Source: Roseivivax sp. (GTDB lineage Bacteria > Pseudomonadota > Alphaproteobacteria > Rhodobacterales > Rhodobacteraceae). From it: DNA of 64,000 nt. A program made the translations under genes and the position numbers. The notes under the pieces were generated by a model. That model saw only the letters and a program-made list of their open reading frames with translations. It did not search any database and was not told the origin of the DNA. Every line of letters begins with the position of its first letter. Position 1 is the stretch's first letter. The stretch spans positions 14,269-78,268 of the forward strand of contig JAYQEA010000003.1 of NCBI GenBank assembly GCA_038138625.1, read 5' to 3'. Positions 55,565 to 64,000 of the stretch are shown here, in pieces.

Positions 55565-56026
55565 ATGAAGTTAAGCACAAAAGGTCGATATGCCATGGTT
55601 GCCTTGACCGATATCGCATTGCATGCGGAAGACAAGTTGGTAACACTCGCTGACATTTCGCAGCGGCAGGACATTTCCCTGCACTATCTGGAACAGTTGT
55701 TTGTCAAGCTGCGTCGGGCAAATCTCGTGACATCGGTGCGAGGACCGGGCGGGGGCTACCGTTTGGCATGTCCGGCGACGGAACTGCGCGTGGTCGATGT
55801 ATTGTCCGCAGTCGATGAAACTGTGGATGCCATGCACAAGGGCGCAGGCGCGAGCGGTGCCATGTCGGGATCACGGGCGCAAAGCCTGACAAACCGTTTG
55901 TGGCAGGGTCTATCTGCGCAGGTCTATGTTTATCTGCATCAGGCGCGGCTTTCAGATATCGTGGACAATTCTTTGGTACCATGTCCTGCTGTGCCAGAAT
56001 TATTCGCGGTTGTGGATGATGAGTAA
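55565..56026 (+). CDS. Rrf2 family transcriptional regulator (IscR-like)
   Basis: It reads MKLSTKGRYAMVALTDIAL...ADISQRQDISLHYLEQLFVKLRRANLVTSVRGPGGGYRL. Confidence 0.9.
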   Translation: MKLSTKGRYAMVALTDIALHAEDKLVTLADISQRQDISLHYLEQLFVKLRRANLVTSVRGPGGGYRLACPATELRVVDVLSAVDETVDAMHKGAGASGAMSGSRAQSLTNRLWQGLSAQVYVYLHQARLSDIVDNSLVPCPAVPELFAVVDDE

Positions 56027-56125
56027 TCATACGCGAAATGCGCGAGGCCCAAGGCACGATCTGTGTGGCAATCAAGGCATTTTGAGACACTTTATGGTCG
56101 AACATGAGATGACAGTGTTCGAGAG

Positions 56126-57178
56126 GTGTGGCGTGTGACACGCGTTTACCTGGATTGGAACGCAACGGCTCCTTTGCGGCCAGAGGCGCATGATGCCATG
56201 GTCAAAGCCATGCATCTTGTTGGTAATCCGTCCTCTGTTCATGCCGAGGGTCGTGCAGCAAAGTCGCTTTTGGAGACTGCCAGACGGCAGATCGCCTCTG
56301 CTTTTGGTGCGGATGGTGCGGATGTGGTGTTTGTCTCTGGTGCGACGGAGGCTGCGGCATTGGCATGCGCGGGACGGGGGCTACGTGCGGGTGATATAGA
56401 GCACGACGCGGTAGCCGCCTGGGTGACGTCGGATCTGCCGGTGGATCACGCAGGGCAGGTGGGTGTTTGCAACCCCAAAGCAACCGTATTGCAGGTGGCG
56501 AATTCAGAAACCGGGATCCTGCAAAACGCGCTTGACGGTGTGGCAGTCACAGATGCCACGCAAGCCTTTGGCAAGATCCCGATGGCGTTTAACTGGTTGA
56601 ATGCCGGTATGGCCCTGATTTCGGCGCATAAGCTTGGTGGGCCAAAGGGGATCGGTGCCCTCGTCATGCCGCGGGGAACCGACTTGGCTGCTCGAATCAA
56701 AGGCGGTGGTCAGGAAATGGGTCGTCGTTCCGGCACTGAAAACCTGATTGGTATTGCCGGATTTGCCGCAGCTGCGGTAGCTGCTGTCAAGGATTTGGAC
56801 GCAGGTCGATGGTCTGAGGTTGAAAAACTTAGAAACATTCTAGAAAAGACCCTTGGCGCGGCAACTCGGGAAACTATTTTTGTCGGACAAGGTCAGGCGC
56901 GGTTGCCAAACACGCTATGCCTTGCCACTCCGGGTTGGAAAGGGGAAACGCAGGTGATGCAAATGGATCTTGCCGGTTTCGCAATCAGCGCAGGCAGTGC
57001 GTGTTCCAGTGGTAAGGTGCGAACCAGTCGTGTATTGCGCGCCATGGGATATGATGAAGTGACCGCAGCCAGCGCGATACGCGTCAGCCTCGGGCTTGAT
57101 ACGACACAAAACGATATCGCGCGCTTTGCCAAAAGCTGGCTGAGCGCATATGACAAATTCCGCGCCCGCGCGGCGTGA
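56126..57178 (+). CDS. cysteine desulfurase, class V aminotransferase (NifS/IscS-like, short form)
   Basis: It reads [28 protein letters not shown] (PLP lysine) and SAGSACSSG (catalytic Cys loop). The start is GTG at 56126 or 56135. Confidence 0.85.
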   Translation: MWRVTRVYLDWNATAPLRPEAHDAMVKAMHLVGNPSSVHAEGRAAKSLLETARRQIASAFGADGADVVFVSGATEAAALACAGRGLRAGDIEHDAVAAWVTSDLPVDHAGQVGVCNPKATVLQVANSETGILQNALDGVAVTDATQAFGKIPMAFNWLNAGMALISAHKLGGPKGIGALVMPRGTDLAARIKGGGQEMGRRSGTENLIGIAGFAAAAVAAVKDLDAGRWSEVEKLRNILEKTLGAATRETIFVGQGQARLPNTLCLATPGWKGETQVMQMDLAGFAISAGSACSSGKVRTSRVLRAMGYDEVTAASAIRVSLGLDTTQNDIARFAKSWLSAYDKFRARAA

Positions 57179-57194
57179 CAGGGAAGGGTCGGAC

Positions 57195-58715
57195 ATGGCT
57201 GCTTTGGATACGACCAAAGTTAAAGATGGCGTTGATCAGCAGACTGTAGATGCAGTTCGCGATGTCAGCACATATAAATACGGTTGGGACACCGAAATCG
57301 AAATGGAGTATGCGCCAAAAGGGCTTACCCCCGATATCGTGCGTCTTATCTCGGAAAAAAACGAAGAACCCGAATGGATGACCGAGTGGCGTTTGAAAGC
57401 CTATGAGCGTTGGCTCGGGCTGGAAGAGCCCGATTGGGCTATGGTCGATTATCCGGAGATCGATTTTCAGGACCAATACTATTATGCGCGTCCCAAAAGC
57501 ATGGTCGAAAAGCCAAAGTCCCTGGATGAGGTTGATCCCAAACTTTTGGCAACCTATGAAAAGCTGGGCATTCCGCTGAAAGAGCAACTTATCCTAGCGG
57601 GTGTCGAGGGGGCTGAAAACGCACCTTCAGAGGGCCGCAAGGTGGCTGTCGACGCCGTTTTTGACAGCGTCAGCGTTGGCACGACCTTTCAGGCCGAATT
57701 GAAAAAGGCGGGAGTAATCTTCTGCTCGATATCAGAGGCCATCCGCGAGCATCCCGAGCTCGTCCGGAAATACCTTGGGTCGGTCGTCCCTGTGAGCGAT
57801 AATTTTTATGCAACGCTTAATACGGCCGTGTTTTCTGACGGGTCATTTGTTTATATTCCGCCCGGTGTGCGCTGCCCGATGGAACTGTCAACTTACTTCC
57901 GCATTAACGCGGAAAACACGGGGCAATTCGAACGGACCTTGATCATTGCCGACAAGGGCTCCTACGTTAGCTATCTCGAGGGCTGTACCGCGCCGCAGCG
58001 TGACACCAGTCAGTTGCATGCTGCGGTGGTGGAGATTGTCATCGAAGAAGACGCCGAAGTTAAATATTCGACTGTTCAGAACTGGTTTCCGGGAGACGAA
58101 GAGGGGCGCGGTGGGATATACAACTTTGTCACCAAACGGGCCGATTGTCGGGGTGCGAGATCCAAGATCATGTGGACGCAGGTCGAAACCGGCTCAGCAG
58201 TGACATGGAAATACCCGTCCTGTATCTTGCGCGGTGATGACAGTCAGGGCGAATTTTACTCGATCGCGATCACAAACAACTATCAACAGGCCGACACAGG
58301 CACCAAGATGGTCCATTTAGGTAAAAACACGAAAAGCAGGATTGTTTCCAAAGGGATCAGTGCGGGTAAAGCGCAAAATACATACCGCGGGCTCGTGTCC
58401 ATGCACCCCAAAGCAAAGGACAGCAGGAACTATACCCAATGCGACAGCTTGCTGATTGGAGATAAATGTGGCGCGCATACGGTGCCTTACATAGAAGTTC
58501 GCAACAACAGCAGCCGTGTGGAACATGAGGCGACAACTTCAAAGGTTGATGACGACCAACTGTTTTATTGCCGTCAGCGTGGCATGGACGAAGAAGAAGC
58601 TGTCGCGCTGGTTGTGAATGGGTTTTGTAAGGAGGTTCTGCAAGCTTTGCCCATGGAATTCGCCATGGAAGCACAGCAGTTGGTGGCAATCTCGCTTGAA
58701 GGCTCAGTCGGCTAA
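57195..58715 (+). CDS. sufB: Fe-S cluster assembly protein SufB
   Basis: It reads [26 protein letters not shown], and a C-terminal SufB/SufD beta-helix ([26 protein letters not shown]). GGGAAGGG precedes the ATG at 57195. Confidence 0.95.
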   Translation: MAALDTTKVKDGVDQQTVDAVRDVSTYKYGWDTEIEMEYAPKGLTPDIVRLISEKNEEPEWMTEWRLKAYERWLGLEEPDWAMVDYPEIDFQDQYYYARPKSMVEKPKSLDEVDPKLLATYEKLGIPLKEQLILAGVEGAENAPSEGRKVAVDAVFDSVSVGTTFQAELKKAGVIFCSISEAIREHPELVRKYLGSVVPVSDNFYATLNTAVFSDGSFVYIPPGVRCPMELSTYFRINAENTGQFERTLIIADKGSYVSYLEGCTAPQRDTSQLHAAVVEIVIEEDAEVKYSTVQNWFPGDEEGRGGIYNFVTKRADCRGARSKIMWTQVETGSAVTWKYPSCILRGDDSQGEFYSIAITNNYQQADTGTKMVHLGKNTKSRIVSKGISAGKAQNTYRGLVSMHPKAKDSRNYTQCDSLLIGDKCGAHTVPYIEVRNNSSRVEHEATTSKVDDDQLFYCRQRGMDEEEAVALVVNGFCKEVLQALPMEFAMEAQQLVAISLEGSVG

Positions 58716-58730
58716 ATTGCTCGGCATCGT

Positions 58731-58946
58731 GTGGACAAGATAATGGCTGCTATCGTGCTTCAAAACGCAGGCGTTGGCATTGGCGTCTTCCTTGGGGTTT
58801 TCGTCACCCTTGCCATGCGCAAGCGTGGCGGCAACACACAGGGGCTGGTCGGTGGTTCTGCCTTGGCGACGGCTTTGGTCGCTGCGTTCTTCACGATGGC
58901 AGTTTTAACGGCCGTCAGGGGTATCATGGCGAGCGTTGGAGGGTGA
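58731..58946 (+). CDS. small two-TM membrane protein embedded in the suf operon
   Basis: The 71-aa (or 67-aa from the ATG at 58743) hydrophobic ORF sits 16 nt after sufB. Its stop overlaps the next ORF's GTG (GTGA). Confidence 0.4.
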   Translation: MDKIMAAIVLQNAGVGIGVFLGVFVTLAMRKRGGNTQGLVGGSALATALVAAFFTMAVLTAVRGIMASVGG

Positions 58947-59125
58947 AGGCCTTGGGGAAAGTGTTGGTCACATCATTGATGACGGGCCTTTTTTGTGCAG
59001 CGTTCGCTCTCGTCGTCGAACTTTTGACGGATATGCTCGAAGTTAGACAGATTGCGGCACTGTCATTTACGTCGGGGTTTACGGGAAGCCTGGTCGCGCA
59101 ATTTATTATGAAGGTTCGAAAGTAA
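58943..59125 (+). CDS. small two-TM membrane protein embedded in the suf operon
   Basis: The 60-aa hydrophobic ORF is translationally coupled to the preceding one. Confidence 0.4.
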   Translation: MKALGKVLVTSLMTGLFCAAFALVVELLTDMLEVRQIAALSFTSGFTGSLVAQFIMKVRK

Positions 59126-59195
59126 CATCCAGCGTTTGTCTATGCACGGCCATGCCGATGGCATCCGAGGAAAGACCGCAGGGGAAAGGGGCACT

Positions 59196-59510
59196 ATGAT
59201 CATCACGACTACCAACTCGATCGAAGGTCGCAAAATTACTGGCTACAAAGGCATCGTAGTCGGAGAGGCCATCATGGGGGCGAATGTGGTTCGCGACTTT
59301 TTTGCAGGAATAACCGATATTATCGGTGGGCGATCCGGCGCATACGAAGAAAAGCTGCAAGATGCGCGCGATGTCGCCATGCACGAACTGGAGCAGCGGG
59401 CCCAGACATTTGGAGCAGACGCGGTGGTTGGTGTCGATCTGGATTACGAAGTTGTGGCCGATAGCATGCTGATGGTCAGCGTCTCGGGCACAGCTGTTAC
59501 ACTTGAGTAA
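59196..59510 (+). CDS. YbjQ/UPF0145 family protein
   Basis: It reads [51 protein letters not shown]...[12 protein letters not shown], with GGGAAAGGGG upstream. Confidence 0.8.
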   Translation: MIITTTNSIEGRKITGYKGIVVGEAIMGANVVRDFFAGITDIIGGRSGAYEEKLQDARDVAMHELEQRAQTFGADAVVGVDLDYEVVADSMLMVSVSGTAVTLE

Positions 59511-59524
59511 GAAAGAATAAAAAG

Positions 59525-60280
59525 ATGTTGGAAATCAAAAATCTACACGTCGAACTTGAGGAAGAGGGCAAGCAAATCCTCAAAGGTGTCGATTTGACTG
59601 TAGACGCTGGAAAAGTGCATGCAATCATGGGGCCGAACGGGTCGGGCAAATCGACGCTTAGCTACGTGCTTTCTGGGCGTGACGGGTATCAGGTCACCGC
59701 AGGATCAGCCACTTTGCTGGGGGAAGACCTGCTTGAAATGGAGCCGGAGGAACGCGCTGCCGCAGGCATGTTTTTGGCGTTTCAATATCCGGTCGAGATC
59801 CCTGGCGTCGGCAATATGACGTTTCTTCGCACAGCAGTGAATTCACAAAGAAAAGCACGCGGCGAAGAGGAAATGTCTGCAACCGATTTCCTGAAATCCG
59901 TGCGAGCAAAGGCGAAGTCGCTGAAAATTGACGCGGACATGCTGAAACGTCCTGTCAATGTCGGGTTTTCGGGCGGTGAAAAGAAGCGCAATGAAATCCT
60001 GCAAATGGCGATGCTGGAGCCCAAGCTTTGCATTTTGGACGAAACCGACAGCGGTCTGGATGTGGATGCAATGAAGCTTGTGAGCGAGGGCGTGAACGCC
60101 TTGCGCGACGCTGGCCGCGGATTCCTTGTGATTACGCATTACCAACGACTGCTCGATCACATCAAACCTGATGTGGTGCATATCATGGCCAACGGACGGA
60201 TGGTCACATCAGGCGGGCCCGAATTGGCGCTGGAAGTCGAAAAGAACGGCTATGCAGACATCCTTAAGGAGACAGCTTGA
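59525..60280 (+). CDS. sufC: Fe-S cluster assembly ATPase SufC
   Basis: It has Walker A (GPNGSGKST), the signature FSGGEKKR and Walker B (ILDETDSGLD). Confidence 0.95.
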   Translation: MLEIKNLHVELEEEGKQILKGVDLTVDAGKVHAIMGPNGSGKSTLSYVLSGRDGYQVTAGSATLLGEDLLEMEPEERAAAGMFLAFQYPVEIPGVGNMTFLRTAVNSQRKARGEEEMSATDFLKSVRAKAKSLKIDADMLKRPVNVGFSGGEKKRNEILQMAMLEPKLCILDETDSGLDVDAMKLVSEGVNALRDAGRGFLVITHYQRLLDHIKPDVVHIMANGRMVTSGGPELALEVEKNGYADILKETA

Positions 60281-61560
60281 TGGCTTTGCCCAAATACAAG
60301 GCTGATGCAACTCAAGAGCGCTTGTCTCATGTCTCGCGGCCCGTTGGCGGGTTTTCCGAAGCGGCCCGGCGCGACGCACTAAGCCGTGTCGAAAACCTCG
60401 GTCTGCCAACGCGGCGTGACGAATATTGGAAATACACGCGGCCGGAGACGCTGGTTGAGGTCGACGCACTACCAGCTGCTCGGTTGGTTACCGACGAAGC
60501 ACCCATCTTTTCGGATCTTGAGTGCTTGAAGGTAGTCTTTGTTGATGGTGTCTATGACGCCGATGCTTCAGATGCGCTTGATCTTGATGGGATTGAAATC
60601 CATCGCTTGGCGGATGCCCCCGATTTACTGTGGGCCAGCGATATCTATGGTGTGTTAGAGACGCGCGGCCAAACTCCAGTTGCGCGCCCGTTGGCGTCTT
60701 TGAACACTGCATGCGCGACAGATGGCGTGCTGATCCGCGTAACGCAAACGCCCCAAAAGCCCATTTCGCTCATCTACCGTCATGTGTCTGAAACGTCCGA
60801 TGCCATGTTGCACCACTGCATCAAGATCGAACCGCAAGCCTCTGTTACAATTTTGGAAACTGGACCTGCTGCGGCGAGACTCAACGCCTGTATGGAAGTT
60901 GAGGTGGCAGCAAATGCGCAGTGTCACCATATTCGCATGCAAGGTCGGGATCATGAACGACGCACCGTCAGTCATATCTTTGCCCGGCTTTGCGAGGCGT
61001 CGACTTTCAAGACGTTTACGCTGACCGCCAATGGCGTTTTAACGCGCAATGAGGTGGTCGTGGAATTAACGGGTGATGACGGGGTCGCGCATGTGGCCGG
61101 CGCGTGTCTGGGCGATGGCGCATTTCATCATGATGATACGGTCTTTGTTACGCATGATGCTGAGAACTGTGAAAGCCGTCAGGTGTTCAAAAAAGTGCTC
61201 CGAAATGGGGCGGTCGGCGTGTTCCAAGGCAAGATTTTGGTAAAAGCGGGTGCGCAAAAAACGGATGGGTACCAGATCAGCCAGTCTCTTTTGCTCGATG
61301 ATGACAGCCAGTTTCTCGCCAAACCCGAACTTGAAATCTATGCAGATGACGTGGTGTGTTCGCATGGATCAACATCGGGTGCGATAGACGAGGCGGCGTT
61401 GTTTTATCTCAGGGCGCGGGGCATCGATCGGGGTACGGCCACGGACCTCATGACAATTGCCTTTGTCGCAGAGGCTGTCGCTGAGGTTGAAGACGTAGCC
61501 CTGCAAGACGAAATTACCGATCTAGTGGAAAACTGGCTGTTGCGGCGTAGGGAGCCCTGA
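60277..61560 (+). CDS. sufD: Fe-S cluster assembly protein SufD
   Basis: An ATGA overlap links it to sufC. The C-terminal beta-helix motif reads KPELEIYADDVVCSHGSTSGAIDEAALFYLRARGI. Confidence 0.9.
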   Translation: MMALPKYKADATQERLSHVSRPVGGFSEAARRDALSRVENLGLPTRRDEYWKYTRPETLVEVDALPAARLVTDEAPIFSDLECLKVVFVDGVYDADASDALDLDGIEIHRLADAPDLLWASDIYGVLETRGQTPVARPLASLNTACATDGVLIRVTQTPQKPISLIYRHVSETSDAMLHHCIKIEPQASVTILETGPAAARLNACMEVEVAANAQCHHIRMQGRDHERRTVSHIFARLCEASTFKTFTLTANGVLTRNEVVVELTGDDGVAHVAGACLGDGAFHHDDTVFVTHDAENCESRQVFKKVLRNGAVGVFQGKILVKAGAQKTDGYQISQSLLLDDDSQFLAKPELEIYADDVVCSHGSTSGAIDEAALFYLRARGIDRGTATDLMTIAFVAEAVAEVEDVALQDEITDLVENWLLRRREP

Positions 61561-62049
61561 ATGTCTGTCACCCAGCGCATCGTTGCGACATATCGGGGGC
61601 CTGGACGCGTCGTTCGTGCGATGTTGCGTGATGGCCCGCGGGAAGACCGTGCTCTTGCGATGGTGATGGCGGGGTGTTTTTTACTCTTCGTTTCGCGGTG
61701 GCCAGCCACCGCCCGTCAGAGTCATCTGGATCAGGTTGACCTAGGCCCGTTGTTAGGGGCCCTGTTGCTTGGCTTGATCTTTATCCTGCCGCTTATTTTG
61801 TACTTAGTCGCAGGTTTATCACATCTTTTAGCTGCTTTGGTCGGCGGTCAGGGCAGCTTTTTCGGGGCGCGTTTGGCCCTTTTCTGGGCTTTTTTGGCGG
61901 TCTCTCCGGTCACCTTGCTGAACGGGTTGGTCGAAGGTTTTATTGGTCCGGGCCCCGCGCAAAATGTGACCGGATTGGTACTTTTGGGTTTGTTTTTGTG
62001 GTTTTGGCTTCGCGGGTTGTGGGTTGTTGAACGTGGAGTTGCCGCATGA
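61561..62049 (+). CDS. membrane protein (Yip1-like) embedded in the suf operon
   Basis: The ATG immediately follows the sufD stop (TGAATG). The 162-aa ORF has 4 predicted TM segments. Confidence 0.55.
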   Translation: MSVTQRIVATYRGPGRVVRAMLRDGPREDRALAMVMAGCFLLFVSRWPATARQSHLDQVDLGPLLGALLLGLIFILPLILYLVAGLSHLLAALVGGQGSFFGARLALFWAFLAVSPVTLLNGLVEGFIGPGPAQNVTGLVLLGLFLWFWLRGLWVVERGVAA

Positions 62050-62636
62050 CTGCCGCGGGTTTAGCCGAGCTGGTAAGAGACACCTTGGCCCGCCCGCAAG
62101 CGGCCGCAGACAGGTTGGTCAAACTGCATCTTAAGCAAGACGTGTTATGGACGGAGGCTGATCTTTCGGTTGTTTTGTCACCTTTGGCTATGCTCCCGGC
62201 TTTATTGCTCTCGGGCGAAGACAGCCTGCAAGGTGACGTGGCTTTTTCGCCGGCCATGATCATTTTGGTACGGGCCATTGTTTTGCCGCTTCTGATTTGT
62301 GCATTTTGGATGGTGGCGCGAATTTTGGGCGGTAGGGCCGAATGGTCGCATGTTGCCGTTGTTGTCATTTGGACAGAACTCATGCTTGGGTTGATGAGCT
62401 TTGCGACCAGCCTTGTCGCTCTTGTTGGTGGTCAGGACCTTTTGCGCCTTTTGCAGACGGCGTCGGTTTTGATCATCCTGTGGGTGTATGTTCAGTTCCT
62501 TGACGTGGTTGCAGGCTTTGGCAGTGTCTGGCGTGCTGTGGGAGGTGTGGCGTTGGCCTTTATCGGTATTAGTGTTCTAGGGGCTATCGTCTTGATAATG
62601 ATGGGCGTTGGTCCGGCGGAGTTGTCGAATGTATGA
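62046..62636 (+). CDS. membrane protein (Yip1-like) embedded in the suf operon
   Basis: An ATGA overlap links it to the previous ORF. The 196-aa ORF has 4-5 TM segments, and its stop overlaps the sufS start. Confidence 0.55.
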   Translation: MTAAGLAELVRDTLARPQAAADRLVKLHLKQDVLWTEADLSVVLSPLAMLPALLLSGEDSLQGDVAFSPAMIILVRAIVLPLLICAFWMVARILGGRAEWSHVAVVVIWTELMLGLMSFATSLVALVGGQDLLRLLQTASVLIILWVYVQFLDVVAGFGSVWRAVGGVALAFIGISVLGAIVLIMMGVGPAELSNV

Positions 62637-63849
62637 TGTAGAAGCAATACGTGCGGATTTTCCGATTTTGTCGCGCGAGGTGAACGGCAAACCGCTTGTT
62701 TACCTAGACAACGGCGCATCCGCGCAGAAGCCACAGGTTGTGATTGATGCAATCACGCGTGCGTATTCCGAGGAATATGCCAATGTGCATCGTGGCCTTC
62801 ACTTTTTATCAAATCTGGCAACCGAACGGTATGAGGCTGTTCGCGGCATTGTTGCACGGTTTCTTGGTGTTCGTGATGAGACCGAGATCGTCCTCAACAC
62901 TGGCACTACCGAAGGTATCAATATGGTTGCCTATGGCTGGGCAATGGAAATGTTACAGCCTGGTGACGAGATTGTGCTGTCCGTGATGGAGCATCACGCA
63001 AACATAGTCCCCTGGCATTTTCTGCGAGAACGTATGGGGGTCCATCTGAAATGGGTCGAGACCGCCCCCGATGGGAGCCTGGATGCGCAGGCGATCATAG
63101 ATGCCATTGGTCCACGAACCCGCCTTGTCGCGGTGACACAGATGTCCAATGTTTTGGGCACTGTGGTGGATGTCACCGCGATTTCGACGGCGGCACGGGA
63201 CCGGGGTGTTGCTGTTCTTGTCGATGGCAGTCAGGCTGCAGTTCATATGCCTGTTTGTGTAGATGACATCGGGTGCGATTTTTACGCGGTTACGGGACAC
63301 AAGCTGTATGGTCCGAGCGGATCAGGAGCGATGTTTGTCCGCAAGGATCGGATGCAAGAAATGCGTCCCTTTATGGGAGGCGGCGATATGATCCGCGAGG
63401 TCCACCGTGATTTTGTGACATACAATGATGCACCGATGAAGTTCGAAGCCGGCACGCCCGGTATCGTGCAAACCATTGGGCTGGGGACCGCATTGGACTA
63501 CATGATGGCAACAGGTATGGACAAGATCGCCGCGCATGAACAAGATCTGTGTCACTATGCGCGTTTGCGCTTAGATGATCTGAACTGGTTGAATGTGCAA
63601 GGTCAGGCCAAAGACAAAGGCGCGATCTTTAGCTTCACCTTGGATGGAGCAGCCCATGCCCACGATATTTCTACGATATTGGACAAACGGGGAGTTGCCG
63701 TTCGGGCGGGACAACATTGTGCGGGTCCTTTAATGGAACATCTGGGGGTATCGGCGACCTGCAGGGCATCCTTTGGAATGTACAATACCAGATCCGAGGT
63801 AGACGTTCTGGTAGATGCTCTGGAACTGGCACACGAGTTGTTTGCATAA
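62629..63849 (+). CDS. sufS: cysteine desulfurase SufS (group II)
   Basis: It reads MYDVEAIRADFPILSREVNGKPLVYLDNGASAQKP, TGHKLYGPSG (PLP lysine) and RAGQHCAGP (catalytic Cys). Confidence 0.95.
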   Translation: MYDVEAIRADFPILSREVNGKPLVYLDNGASAQKPQVVIDAITRAYSEEYANVHRGLHFLSNLATERYEAVRGIVARFLGVRDETEIVLNTGTTEGINMVAYGWAMEMLQPGDEIVLSVMEHHANIVPWHFLRERMGVHLKWVETAPDGSLDAQAIIDAIGPRTRLVAVTQMSNVLGTVVDVTAISTAARDRGVAVLVDGSQAAVHMPVCVDDIGCDFYAVTGHKLYGPSGSGAMFVRKDRMQEMRPFMGGGDMIREVHRDFVTYNDAPMKFEAGTPGIVQTIGLGTALDYMMATGMDKIAAHEQDLCHYARLRLDDLNWLNVQGQAKDKGAIFSFTLDGAAHAHDISTILDKRGVAVRAGQHCAGPLMEHLGVSATCRASFGMYNTRSEVDVLVDALELAHELFA

Positions 63850-63904
63850 CAGCATGATTTGCGATTGCGGGTATTGGGAATTTGTCCTAAGACCCACTTT
63901 ATAG

Positions 63905-63981
<77 letters not shown>

Positions 63982-64000
63982 AAAAAAACAAGGACTTAGC

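Overview
This 64-kb window looks like a chromosomal core region of an alphaproteobacterium. The Rhodobacterales-like gene content and moderate GC (by eye) are my inference; no search was run. Coding density is high and most genes are housekeeping. From left to right:
- the rpmH-rnpA-yidD cluster at the left edge
- a TVP38/DedA-type membrane protein and a pyridine-nucleotide-disulfide oxidoreductase, separated by an unexplained 1.8-kb gap
- a sensor histidine kinase
- a tightly packed four-gene hydrolase/dehalogenase/PLP-dehydratase operon
- a MATE exporter, pgm, an aspartate aminotransferase, sdhE, gloA, thyX and lepA
- a complete glycogen operon, glgB-glgC-glgA-glgX-glgP
- a PhoD-like phosphatase, a TetR regulator with a GH43 xylosidase, a Kef-type K+ efflux protein, and Lrp with hppD
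- a 1026-aa proline/acid-rich membrane protein carrying a (GCTTCT)n microsatellite
- metY, gatCA and an AmpD-like amidase
- RNase P RNA (rnpB) and rpmG
- an extended Rrf2-regulated suf Fe-S operon with several embedded small membrane ORFs
- tRNA-Arg(CCG) at the right edge

I found no CRISPR array, rRNA, intact IS element or recognisable multi-gene defence system.

The best candidates for something new:
1. An AT-rich islet at 14.25-15.35 kb. It encodes a lipoprotein followed, with 2-3 nt gaps or overlaps, by micro-ORFs. One is a 42-aa anionic peptide made of three 11-residue repeats whose DNA copies differ mainly at synonymous sites.
2. A GIY-YIG/DUF4357 nuclease gene fused to the thyX stop codon and broken by a one-base frameshift.
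3. A decayed higB/higA-like toxin-antitoxin remnant next to rpmG.
4. Several unexplained AT-rich gaps that contain palindromes and direct repeats.

All functional calls rest on motif recognition in the supplied translations and on my own reading of the DNA. No database search was run.
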